Below, in pieces: positions 10,185 to 19,597 of a DNA stretch of 64,000 bases; the first letter of the stretch is position 1; every line of letters begins with the position of its first letter. Origin of the DNA: Candidatus Omnitrophota bacterium (lineage in GTDB: Bacteria > Omnitrophota > Omnitrophia > Omnitrophales > Aquincolibacteriaceae); contig JAKLFP010000001.1 of assembly GCA_022711115.1 (NCBI GenBank), positions 5,183 through 69,182 of the forward strand, in the 5' to 3' direction. The position numbers and the translations under genes are program-made. Below the pieces are notes generated by a model, which was not told the origin of the DNA, did not search any database, and was given only the letters and a program-made list of their open reading frames with translations.

Positions 10185-10993
10185 AGAAAATATTTCCCTT
10201 CATAAACGAATTGAGCTTTGCCCTCGAGATAAACCTTGATGACCTCATTGCCTTTTCTCCGGACATCGACCCTCAGTTTTTCACCGCCCCGCGTTGACAC
10301 ACTCACGGGCGAATCGGCATATCCCTTGAGAACGCTCATGACCGCGGAAGCCGTAGAGCCGGTCCCGCAGGCAAGGGTTTCATTTTCGACGCCGCGTTCA
10401 TAAGTTCTGACTGCGATTTCTTTTTTGCTTCTCACTTCCACAAAATTGACATTGGTCCCGAAAGGTTGAAAATGTCCATGCTGCCGGATGGCTTTTCCGA
10501 TCTCAAAAACTTCGACTTTCGCCAGTCCTTCGACAAAAATCACCACGTGAGGAACGCCTGTGTCAAGAAACGCGTAGTGCAACCGATGTCCGCGAACTTC
10601 CAAAACACCGTCCATCTCAAAAATTCTCGGTTTGATCAGCTGAGCCTTGACATTCCCATTGGACCCAACTTCCGCCTCAATGATCCCAGACCCTGATTCA
10701 AAACGCATGCGCGAAGAATATTTTAGAACTTCATGGGCATAAAGCGCAATACAACGGAACCCGTTCCCGCAAGCCGCTGCCTCGGATCCGTCAGGATTGA
10801 TGATCCTCATTTTGAAATTCGCCTTTTTAGAAGATTCAAAAAGGAGCAATCCGTCTGCGATAATCCCCTGATGAGCCCGGCAAATCGTCCTGGCAAAAAC
10901 AGTCGCATCTTTGATGATCTGGCGCCGGTTATCCACCACCACGAAATCATTACCTGAAGCAACCATTTTGTAAAAAGGAATAAAATTTTTCAT
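10181..10993 (-). CDS. dapF: diaminopimelate epimerase
   Basis: 270 aa. N-terminal FYKMVASGNDFVVVD, catalytic Cys motifs AACGNGFRC and LACGTGSTA. A 4-nt overlap with the dapA start suggests translational coupling. Confidence 0.85.
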   Translation of the reverse strand: MKNFIPFYKMVASGNDFVVVDNRRQIIKDATVFARTICRAHQGIIADGLLLFESSKKANFKMRIINPDGSEAAACGNGFRCIALYAHEVLKYSSRMRFESGSGIIEAEVGSNGNVKAQLIKPRIFEMDGVLEVRGHRLHYAFLDTGVPHVVIFVEGLAKVEVFEIGKAIRQHGHFQPFGTNVNFVEVRSKKEIAVRTYERGVENETLACGTGSTASAVMSVLKGYADSPVSVSTRGGEKLRVDVRRKGNEVIKVYLEGKAQFVYEGKYFL

Positions 10994-11144
10994 TGCTAAC
11001 TATTTGCTACTCCTTTGGTTAGATGTGGCCGTATTCTACCAAAAAATTCACGAAAGGGGAAATGAGAAACAACAGGCAAAAAAAGCTTTTCTTTTGTCTT
11101 TAGCGGGCCGCTCTTGGGAACGAGGAAACAGGATTTTTATATCT

Positions 11145-12323
11145 TTAGACTAAGATGATTTTGGCGGGTTCGAAACCATTAAAATTCGCAACAGCACTGG
11201 CACACGAATAAGCCCCGATATTCTTTACGTAGATCACATCCCCGACGAAAAGCTCCGGAAGCTCTTCATTTGTCGAAAGCGTATCCAGAGAATCACATGT
11301 CGGCCCGGCAAGAGCACTCATGTATTTTTGACCGCGTCTCAAGGTTTTAAATTCGTATTTGCAGTGATCAAAGACCATCCCTGAAAAATCCTGATAAACA
11401 CCGTCATTCAAATAATAGAAATTCTTATTGTCGCGAAAGGCGCGCCCGATCACCTGAACCACCAAGACCCCCGCAGGGCCGACAAAAAAACGCCCGGGTT
11501 CCGCAATAAATTTAACATTTTTGCTAAAAAGGGTTTTCATCTGCTTGCGAATTTGAGCGGCCATGCGTTCAAAGTTGATCCCGATTTCATTGTCAAAATG
11601 CTGGATCGGGAATCCGCCGCCGAGATCCACGATCTGAAGCGGCATATCATTTTCTTTTGCTTCCTTGAAAATATTTGCCGTGATCTCCAGCGCCTGAAGA
11701 TAATTTTCTACGTTGGTGGATTGCGAACCGACGTGAAAACTCACGCCTTTCGGCGCCAATCCAAGATTCTGTGCTTTCCGCAAAAGATAGACCGCCTGAT
11801 CCGGTTCTGCGCCAAACTTCAAAGAGAGTTGGACCACACTGCCCCGGTTTGCGACCCTGATTCTTAAAAGCACATGCGCCCCAGGATAACTCTCTGCAAT
11901 CTTGTAAAGCTCAGGCTCATTATCAAAAGTCATAAGCCGTACTCGGCGGCGCCTTGCCGTCACGAGATCCTCTTTGGATTTAATGGTATTGGCGAAGATG
12001 ATCCTGCTTGGCTTGACGCCTTGTTTCAAAACAAGTTTCATTTCTGCCGCGCTTGCCACATCGAACGAAGCACCGAGTTCCGCGAAAAACTTCACGATTT
12101 TGGGATGGGGATTGGCCTTAATAGCATAATAAGGCGTCACTTCAGGGAACGCTTTCCGAAAACGGTTGAATTGTTTTTCAAGCGTTCCTTTCCGAATAAG
12201 CATAAAAGGGGTCTTGTGTTTTTTGAGCATTTCCCGGATAAGCCCTTCAGACCCAGAAATGTCCGCAGGTTTCACTTTTACAGAGACGGGTGTATTTCCG
12301 TTCAACAGCGGTTGTTGTGCCAT
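11145..12323 (-). CDS. PLP-dependent ornithine/lysine decarboxylase (fold-III, eukaryotic-type ODC family)
   Basis: 392 aa. YAIKANP (PLP Lys), FDVAS, GGGFP, EPGR and PTCDSLD motifs of the ODC/DapDC family. It is distinct from lysA elsewhere in the window. Confidence 0.8.
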   Translation of the reverse strand: MAQQPLLNGNTPVSVKVKPADISGSEGLIREMLKKHKTPFMLIRKGTLEKQFNRFRKAFPEVTPYYAIKANPHPKIVKFFAELGASFDVASAAEMKLVLKQGVKPSRIIFANTIKSKEDLVTARRRRVRLMTFDNEPELYKIAESYPGAHVLLRIRVANRGSVVQLSLKFGAEPDQAVYLLRKAQNLGLAPKGVSFHVGSQSTNVENYLQALEITANIFKEAKENDMPLQIVDLGGGFPIQHFDNEIGINFERMAAQIRKQMKTLFSKNVKFIAEPGRFFVGPAGVLVVQVIGRAFRDNKNFYYLNDGVYQDFSGMVFDHCKYEFKTLRRGQKYMSALAGPTCDSLDTLSTNEELPELFVGDVIYVKNIGAYSCASAVANFNGFEPAKIILV

Positions 12324-12329
12324 CGAAAT

Positions 12330-13838
12330 TCAGATTCTTTCATCCACAAGGAACGTGGTGAACTGCCATTGATCTTTTTCTTTGGGCAAGGATGCCCCGA
12401 ATTTCAGATATTTTTGGTTGAGATGCTGAAGTGGCGTCCAATTCACGGGCATGGACACAAACGGAACGATATAAGGCGTTGCAAATTTTAAAATGAATTC
12501 ATGGTCAATGTCATCCGGCATGAGAAAACCTTCGCAAGGATTTTCAATCATCCAGAGAGCTGCCGCAACCACCGAAACGGCTACCTGCAAAGTAGTCGCT
12601 TGTTGATGAGGAACCAGTTTGCGCGTTGTGTGGATATCAAGCAACGAACCGCACCACCAGGATTTGAAATCATGCCCCATAAGGAGCACCCCAAGCTCAT
12701 CCCGGCCGTCAATGATCTCATCAGCAAGAATGCGCTGTTTTTCCTGCATTTCATATTGGCGCATCCGGGTTTCCTGCAGCGAATTCATCGCGGAATCGGA
12801 AGGACAATATGCGTAATGCACGGTCGGGCGATAAACGGCTTTTCCTTTTTGCCAGACCGTAAGACGGTCCGAAATACTGAAGGCTTCTCCGTGACGGATC
12901 ACCATACCTTGGATTTCGCCGCATGGCACCCAGGAACGAACCAGCGTGTTCATGCCAAGCGAGCCGAGACAAATCTGATTTTTCGGACCTGTCTTGTGAA
13001 AATAAGCGCCTTTCGGGGCTCGTTTTTCGTGAGTCCCCCAACCAAGTTCGGCCGGAGCCACACCCTCTTCATAAAAACCCTCGATCGACCAGGTATTGAC
13101 GAACTCGTTCACTTGCTTGGGCCTATCCGTGATCTGCGTGTCGCGCTCGCTCACATGAATGACTTTCACTCCTGTCGTTTGAGCGATTTTTGGAAAATTC
13201 TTTTCAGCAAGAAAACACTCCAGATTTTTCGCCCGGGGATCTTTGGGTTTTTCTTTAAGAATTTTCTCTGCAATATCGATCAGGGATTTTTTGGTGAAGT
13301 GTGAGACAAGCCCCGGATTTGCGCCATGATCCACTACGGCCGTAGAGCCTTTAACAGGACCCCATTTTTTTGCCATGAGTTTACGGAGTCTCATATGACG
13401 ATAGTAAAGTGTATACCGAGTCGGATCAGTCCGTTTGTCATCCCGGTAAGGATCCCATTCTTCAATCGAGGTGTTCACATAAAGAACATTGTTTTCACGA
13501 CACCAATCAAGGATCGCCCAGCAATCGATGTTCCACGCCAGGTCAATGATCATGTCCCCTGAACCGACATAGCTTGCAAGCAACTTCTTATAATTCTGCT
13601 CGGTGACTTTATTAAAAACATAACGCACGCCGCGCTTCAGGGCATTCTTCACGCGAGCACGATTGTCTACATAATCCATAATGGTGATCTTTGTGGCAGG
13701 CATGCCAAAGTGCCGCAGGACAAGCGGGACTGTGCATTGCGACACACCCCCGCAGCCAAGAATGAGCAGCTTGCCATCAAACTTGACCTTAGTGTTCGGG
13801 ATCTCAACTTTCGCTTTCGGATATTTAAATTCGCTCAT
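12330..13838 (-). CDS. hss: homospermidine synthase (saccharopine dehydrogenase-like fold)
   Basis: 502 aa. N-terminal LILGCGGVSQ Rossmann motif. The ERDTQ, NTWSIEGF, PAELGWGTHE, YRPTVHYAY and DELGVLLMGH blocks match bacterial homospermidine synthase as I recall its sequence. Stop lies 6 nt before the decarboxylase start. SD GGAG sits 5 nt upstream of the ATG. Confidence 0.75.
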   Translation of the reverse strand: MSEFKYPKAKVEIPNTKVKFDGKLLILGCGGVSQCTVPLVLRHFGMPATKITIMDYVDNRARVKNALKRGVRYVFNKVTEQNYKKLLASYVGSGDMIIDLAWNIDCWAILDWCRENNVLYVNTSIEEWDPYRDDKRTDPTRYTLYYRHMRLRKLMAKKWGPVKGSTAVVDHGANPGLVSHFTKKSLIDIAEKILKEKPKDPRAKNLECFLAEKNFPKIAQTTGVKVIHVSERDTQITDRPKQVNEFVNTWSIEGFYEEGVAPAELGWGTHEKRAPKGAYFHKTGPKNQICLGSLGMNTLVRSWVPCGEIQGMVIRHGEAFSISDRLTVWQKGKAVYRPTVHYAYCPSDSAMNSLQETRMRQYEMQEKQRILADEIIDGRDELGVLLMGHDFKSWWCGSLLDIHTTRKLVPHQQATTLQVAVSVVAAALWMIENPCEGFLMPDDIDHEFILKFATPYIVPFVSMPVNWTPLQHLNQKYLKFGASLPKEKDQWQFTTFLVDERI

Positions 13839-14213
13839 GATGCTCCGTGTTTAAATTTTAAAATTTTTTCAAATCCTTGAAAATGGATTTTGAATATTAC
13901 AACAAATCTATTTTCACATCAAGCAATACCACTCTTTTTTTCAACAATTGTGAGCCAGAAAAAAATGGGGTCCCAGAATTTAGTTTGAAAAATTATTTTC
14001 CGTAGGCTTCTCAAACCTCCAAAGAAAACAATGATCATCCCGACAAAACACCCAACGCTATTTGAAACTACAGATCAAAATGAAAAGAATCATTAAAATC
14101 CAGCAACAGAAAAATTTTAAAATTGTTTTTTGTTTATCGAAAGTTTGAAGAAAAAAAGGCAGATCATTGATTCCGCTTTTGGCTTTTTAATCAATGGCTT
14201 GTCACCCTCGGGT

Positions 14214-15497
14214 TTAAGCCGAAGCTTTTTCTCCGCGGATAAGATCCTGATAAGTTTCCCGTTTGCGGATCACTTTGAAAGTGTTTCCTTTGACCATAAC
14301 TTCGCAGGCGCGCCGCCTGGAGTTGTAGTTGGACGCCATGGAAAAACCATAAGCCCCCGTAGTCATGATCGCCAAATAATCCCCGCCTTTTATTTCCTGA
14401 AGTTCGCGATCCTTGGCGAAAAAATCCCCGCTTTCGCAAACCGGCCCGACCACATCATAAACCCATTGAGGTGCGTTTTCTCTTTTTTTAAGCGGCCAAA
14501 GATGATGGTAGGCGTTATAAAAAGCCGGACGGATGAAATCGTTCATGCCGGCATCCACGATCGCGAAATTCTTCACAGCAGTCTTTTTTACATAAATGGC
14601 CTTCATAAGAAGGATGCCGCTATTGGCCGCGATAAAACGGCCGGGTTCGAAAATAAGCTGGCATTTGCGTTTTTTAAAAAGCGGCAGGATTCTTTTCGCA
14701 AAGGCATCTGCAGTCTGGGGGTTTTCATCGCTATAAATCGCTCCCAATCCGCCCCCAAGATTCAGGTATTTAATCCGAATGCCCTCTTCCACCTCTAACT
14801 CATCGATAAATTCAAGGATTTTTTGAAATGCTTCGACAAAAGGGTCGCCGGTTTCAATTTGAGAACCAATGTGCACGTGAACCCCGCAAACCTGCGCATG
14901 AGAGAAACGTTTACTACCCACAAAAATTGTTTTAGCGCTTTCAAAATCAATGCCGAATTTATTCTCGGATTTTCCGGTGGTAATGTAGTCATGAGTGTGG
15001 GGATCGACATTGGGATTGATGCGCAGCGACACATTCACTCTTTTGCGCATCTTCTTGGCAATGGCGTTGATCTGCTCAAGTTCGGGGATGGACTCCACAT
15101 TAAAAAGCAAGATCCTAGCCTTGATCGCCTCGCGGATCTCTTCTTCGGTTTTGCCGACACCCGCATAAACGATCTTTTTGCCCTGGCAATGGATTTTTTT
15201 CGCGCGAAAAAGCTCGCCGCCGGAAACAATATCAAGACCCGCCCCCTTTTTGACAAGCGTTCGGAGCACGGCCAGATTGGAATTAGCTTTGACGGAATAA
15301 CAGATCAGCGGGCGGACAGACCGAAACGCCTTTTGGAGCTTAGCGAGATGTCCCGTGAAGGTTCTATAACTATAGACATAAATCGGCGTGCCAAGCTTTT
15401 TAATCATTTTGCTGAGAGGGACTTTTTCACAGTAAAGTTCTCCGTTTTTATAATAAAAATCATGCATTTTTTCTTTATGAAAATCAGCATGGGTCAT
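14214..15497 (-). CDS. lysA: diaminopimelate decarboxylase
   Basis: YSVKAN (PLP Lys), GGGLG and CESGD motifs. Start set at MTHADFHK... (ATG with GAGGTG SD 6 nt upstream) rather than the track's TTG at 15542. Confidence 0.85.
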   Translation of the reverse strand: MTHADFHKEKMHDFYYKNGELYCEKVPLSKMIKKLGTPIYVYSYRTFTGHLAKLQKAFRSVRPLICYSVKANSNLAVLRTLVKKGAGLDIVSGGELFRAKKIHCQGKKIVYAGVGKTEEEIREAIKARILLFNVESIPELEQINAIAKKMRKRVNVSLRINPNVDPHTHDYITTGKSENKFGIDFESAKTIFVGSKRFSHAQVCGVHVHIGSQIETGDPFVEAFQKILEFIDELEVEEGIRIKYLNLGGGLGAIYSDENPQTADAFAKRILPLFKKRKCQLIFEPGRFIAANSGILLMKAIYVKKTAVKNFAIVDAGMNDFIRPAFYNAYHHLWPLKKRENAPQWVYDVVGPVCESGDFFAKDRELQEIKGGDYLAIMTTGAYGFSMASNYNSRRRACEVMVKGNTFKVIRKRETYQDLIRGEKASA

Positions 15498-15578
15498 TTC
15501 AACACCTCGCAGTCCCAATTTTGTTCCATTTCCGTCTCCCAAAAATTAGCCCGGCTTTGGCTATCCTTTTTTAAAAAA

Positions 15579-16958
15579 CTAGGACAGCTTTTTTCCCCAC
15601 TTTGCAATTTCTTTTTTTACACGTACAGGGTGTGTGCTGCCAATTGTTTTCTTACCCCATACGGAATCCTTGAGATCAAATAGCTCATGGATATCTGCCC
15701 CGAATTTGGGGGAGAATTTTTTCCATTCTTGAATGGATAATTCGCGTAATTTTTTACCGGATTCGGCCGCATACCGGACAACCTTGCCTACCATTTGATG
15801 CGCTTCGCTAAAAGCAAGTTTTTTTCGCACGAGATATTCCAGAATATCCGTCGCAAAAAGGCTGTCATCTTCAACAGCTCTCGCAATGGCTCTTTTATGC
15901 CAACTCACGGAACTGATGGCCAGCGACAAAATTTCAAGCGCGGTGGTTGTCTTTTTGATCGAATCAAAAACGCCGGGCTTGTCTTCCTGAAGATCCCGGT
16001 TATAGGAAAGCGGCAAGCCCTTCTGGATCGTGAGCATGGCTTGGAGGTACCCGAAGATCACCCCGGACCGGCCTCGCACCAGTTCAAAAACATCCGGATT
16101 TTTCTTTTGCGGCATCAGACTGGAACCTGTGGCAAACGCGTCGTCCAATTCCATAAAACCGAAAGCTTCGGAATTCCAGAGAATAAAATCCTCGGCAAGC
16201 CGGGAAAGATGCATCCAAAGAATAGATACCACACCTAAAAATTCAGCAAGAAATCCACGGTCGCTCACTGCTGCCATACTGTTTTCTGCAATCTTGGTAA
16301 ATCCGAGTTCCTTTGCGAGAAATTTCTGATCGAGCGGTAATGCCGAACCCGCGAGCGCCGCGGAGCCGAGCGGCAGTACATTGACCCTCTTCATCGAATC
16401 CGCCAACCGCGCGTTGTCCTCATCCAACATTTCGACATACGCCAGCAAATGATGCGCGAGAAGAACAGGCTGGGCCCTTCTCAGATGTGTCATCCCCGGA
16501 ATAATGATTTCCCCTGCTTTTTCAGCAGTGATCACAAGGGCCTTTTGGAGCTTCTTGACCATAAACCAGATCACTGCGACTTTGTCCCGGAGATAAAGCC
16601 TTGTGGAAGTCACGACAAGATCGTTACGGCTGCGACCCGTATGGATTTTTTTGGCCACAGCACCTGCTTTTTTTTCGAGTTCCATTTGAATAAGCGTGTG
16701 GATATCTTCATACTGATCAGCGTACGCTGCAAGATCCCGGCCTGTTAAAATTTGGCCCACCGACTTGAGACCGCGCAAGATGGTCTTGGATTCCGCAACC
16801 GTGATGAGACCCATCCTTGCTAGCATTTTCGCATAGGCTTCATTGACACGGATCTCCGCATCAAAAAGCTCTTTGTCTGTCTCCAGTGAATAGCTGAAAC
16901 ATTTAAGCGCCGGATGCATTTCCTTTTTGAATCTGCCACCCCACAGTTTTTTACTCAT
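15579..16958 (-). CDS. argH: argininosuccinate lyase
   Basis: MSKKLWGGRF... start, fumarate-lyase signature GSSLMPQKKNPD. Start trimmed ~10 codons from the track ORF. Confidence 0.9.
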   Translation of the reverse strand: MSKKLWGGRFKKEMHPALKCFSYSLETDKELFDAEIRVNEAYAKMLARMGLITVAESKTILRGLKSVGQILTGRDLAAYADQYEDIHTLIQMELEKKAGAVAKKIHTGRSRNDLVVTSTRLYLRDKVAVIWFMVKKLQKALVITAEKAGEIIIPGMTHLRRAQPVLLAHHLLAYVEMLDEDNARLADSMKRVNVLPLGSAALAGSALPLDQKFLAKELGFTKIAENSMAAVSDRGFLAEFLGVVSILWMHLSRLAEDFILWNSEAFGFMELDDAFATGSSLMPQKKNPDVFELVRGRSGVIFGYLQAMLTIQKGLPLSYNRDLQEDKPGVFDSIKKTTTALEILSLAISSVSWHKRAIARAVEDDSLFATDILEYLVRKKLAFSEAHQMVGKVVRYAAESGKKLRELSIQEWKKFSPKFGADIHELFDLKDSVWGKKTIGSTHPVRVKKEIAKWGKKLS

Positions 16959-17036
16959 ATTCATCACCATTTTCCATGCCGCGCACAACGTGCAAAGCTC
17001 AACAAATTAATTTTACGTCGGGCGTTCACTGTTATA

Positions 17037-18221
17037 TTATTTTTCCCCCATGCCTTCGTAAGGAAGTCCCCAGATTTTCATAAAACCGACAGAAGCCTTC
17101 CTGTCAAAAACATCCCCTTTGGAATAGGTTGCAAGTTTTTCCTTATAAAGCGCGTACTTGGATTGGCGCCCAACACAAACCGCATGGCCGTGGTCCAATT
17201 TGATCCGGACCTTGCCCGTGACTCGTTTCTGGTTCGATTTGAAAAATTCATCGAGAGCTGATTTTAACGGCGAGAACCAGAGACCAAAATAAACCAGCTC
17301 GGCATATTTTTCAGAAAGTAATCTCTTATAATGGAGAAACTCCCTGTCCATCACAAACCCTTCGAGCTCTTCATGCGCCTTGAGCAACACTTCGGCGGCC
17401 GGGGCTTCATAGATCTCCCGGCTCTTGATTCCGATAAGCCGGTTCTCGATCATGTCAAAACGCCCGACACCGTACTGACCGGCGACGGCATTCAAATACT
17501 CGATCATCTCGACGAGATCTTTTTCAACACCATTTACTTTCACGGGAACACCTTTATCAAATTCAATTATGAGATATTTCGGTTTCTTCGGGGCCTTTGC
17601 CGCGGCACGCGTCATCACATAGGCCTCTTCCGGCGGTTCGACCATCGCATCCTCAAGGATTCCGGCTTCGATGGCAATCCCCCAAATATTCTTGTCAATG
17701 GAATAAGGGCTCGCCTTGGTTACTTCAATCGGGATATTGCGCTCTTTGGCGTATTCGATCTCCTCTTCGCGTGTCTTGAATTCCCAATCTCGGAGCGGGG
17801 CGATGATCTTGAGTTTCGGATCCAGAGTCCTGACACCGACTTCGATCCGGACCTGATCATTCCCTTTTCCCGTACAGCCGTGCGCTACAAATTCAGCGCC
17901 TTCTTTTTGCGCCACTCTGACAAGGTGTTTTGCAATAAGCGGACGGCCCAGCGCGGTCGCAAGCGGGTATTTGCCTTCATACCTGGCATGCGCCCACAAC
18001 GCTGGCATAATGAAATCCTTCGCAAATTCTCTTTTGAGATCTTCAATGTAAGATTTAACTGCCCCCGCGGCTTGGGCTTTTTGGATCAGTTTGCCTTTGT
18101 CCTTCACCTCTCCGATGAAAGCGGAAAAACAAACCACATCCAATCCATGATTTTCGCTAAGCCATTTCACCGCACAAGAGGTATCCAAACCTCCAGAATA
18201 TGCCAACACTACTTTTTTCAT
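17037..18221 (-). CDS. argG: argininosuccinate synthase
   Basis: MKKVVLAYSGGLDTS (PP-loop). 394 aa. Confidence 0.9.
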   Translation of the reverse strand: MKKVVLAYSGGLDTSCAVKWLSENHGLDVVCFSAFIGEVKDKGKLIQKAQAAGAVKSYIEDLKREFAKDFIMPALWAHARYEGKYPLATALGRPLIAKHLVRVAQKEGAEFVAHGCTGKGNDQVRIEVGVRTLDPKLKIIAPLRDWEFKTREEEIEYAKERNIPIEVTKASPYSIDKNIWGIAIEAGILEDAMVEPPEEAYVMTRAAAKAPKKPKYLIIEFDKGVPVKVNGVEKDLVEMIEYLNAVAGQYGVGRFDMIENRLIGIKSREIYEAPAAEVLLKAHEELEGFVMDREFLHYKRLLSEKYAELVYFGLWFSPLKSALDEFFKSNQKRVTGKVRIKLDHGHAVCVGRQSKYALYKEKLATYSKGDVFDRKASVGFMKIWGLPYEGMGEK

Positions 18222-19147
18222 TGAATCGCTCCTTGATTGAGAAGATGTAAAAGAATTGCTTTCTGGATATGAAGACGGTTTTCAGCTTCGTCAAATACGA
18301 TCGCACATTTGCTTTCCATCACATCGTTCGTAATCTCTTCGCCCCGGTGCGCCGGCAAACAATGCATGATCAAAGCGCCTTTTTTTGCTTTGGCGATCAG
18401 CGCCTTATTGACCTGCATCCCCTTGAAGTCCTTAAGCTTTTTCTTGCGAATATCCTCTTCTCCCATGCTGACCCAAACATCCGTATAGATGGCATCCGCA
18501 CCCTCGACAGCCTTACCCGGATCCAAAAACTTTTCAATCGAGGCACCTGTTTTTTTAGCAAGCTCTTGAGCCGTCTTCAAAATCTTTGGGTTGGGTTGAT
18601 ATTTTTTCGGTGTCGCATAGCGGATCTTGGCACCAAGCTTTGCGGCAACAAGCATCAGAGAATGCAACACATTGTTGCCGTCTCCCACAAACGCGAGAAC
18701 TGGATCCTGATCGGCAGGTATTTTCTCATAAAGCGTCATATAGTCCGCAAGAGCCTGGCAAGGATGTTCCTTATCGCTCAAGCCATTAATCACTGGTTTC
18801 TCAAAATAATCCTGAAATTCGGTGATGGTCCAGTGCGAGAAAGTCCGCATGACGACGCCTGAAAGATAACGGTTGAGCACACGCGCCACATCCCGGACTT
18901 CTTCGCGAACACCCAGTTTGATATCTTCGGGACCAAGGTAGATCACCCCGCCCCCCATCGAAAAAATCCCCGCCTGAAAAGAGACCCACGTCCGTGTCGA
19001 TGGTTTCTCAAAAATAAAACCGAACATCCGGCCTTCGAGAACATTACGGAAATCCTGCGGCCGCTTTTTTACATCGGCCGCAATTTCCAGAAGTTTCCGG
19101 ATCTCTTCCGTGCTGAGATCGTTAATTGAAATCAATGACTGAAACAT
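18218..19147 (-). CDS. argF: ornithine carbamoyltransferase
   Basis: STRTWVSF (carbamoyl-phosphate site), HCLPAHRGEE. A 4-nt overlap with the argG start. Confidence 0.9.
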   Translation of the reverse strand: MFQSLISINDLSTEEIRKLLEIAADVKKRPQDFRNVLEGRMFGFIFEKPSTRTWVSFQAGIFSMGGGVIYLGPEDIKLGVREEVRDVARVLNRYLSGVVMRTFSHWTITEFQDYFEKPVINGLSDKEHPCQALADYMTLYEKIPADQDPVLAFVGDGNNVLHSLMLVAAKLGAKIRYATPKKYQPNPKILKTAQELAKKTGASIEKFLDPGKAVEGADAIYTDVWVSMGEEDIRKKKLKDFKGMQVNKALIAKAKKGALIMHCLPAHRGEEITNDVMESKCAIVFDEAENRLHIQKAILLHLLNQGAIQ

Positions 19148-19170
19148 AAAAACCTCACACTTCCTGAATA

Positions 19171-19581
19171 TTATTTCAAACGATATCGATAATAAAATCT
19201 TCCCTGGCCACCATCTAGAACAACTTCAGCCGCTGTCCCGCGAGGCGAGAAGTACACACCGACACGATCCTTATGCTCCCCCAGTTCAACCCACCAATTC
19301 ATCTTAAGACCCAAAATATTACGGTGGGGCTTCCCCAGTAAGGATATAACTTCATCCTGTGAATGGCGCGTTGTTATTTTGGATAACGTTTCCAAACAAA
19401 AGTTTTTTTCCGCATCACTCATCAGCAACCATTGATGCTGCATATCTTGGGGCAGGGACCCTACAAAATTCACCCCTATCCCGGAAGAAATCTCTGCAGT
19501 TTCTTCCGCATGAGCAGATAATCCACTCAGTGTCACTAACGCCACAAAAACAAAAAAACCAATGGGGGTTTTTATCCACAT
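19171..19581 (-). CDS. small secreted protein (136 aa, signal peptide), unknown function, embedded in the arg operon
   Basis: MWIKTPIGFFVFVALVTLSGLSAHA/EE signal peptide. Same strand, with 16 nt and 23 nt gaps to argD and argF. Confidence 0.5.
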   Translation of the reverse strand: MWIKTPIGFFVFVALVTLSGLSAHAEETAEISSGIGVNFVGSLPQDMQHQWLLMSDAEKNFCLETLSKITTRHSQDEVISLLGKPHRNILGLKMNWWVELGEHKDRVGVYFSPRGTAAEVVLDGGQGRFYYRYRLK

Positions 19582-19597
19582 GCGAAATTTCTTTTCA

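Noticed and set aside
10994-11144. Lysine (L-box) riboswitch upstream of dapF-dapA-dapB or lysA
   Set aside because: Leaders are under 60 nt between promoter-like elements and start codons. No L-box-like conserved helices could be drawn.
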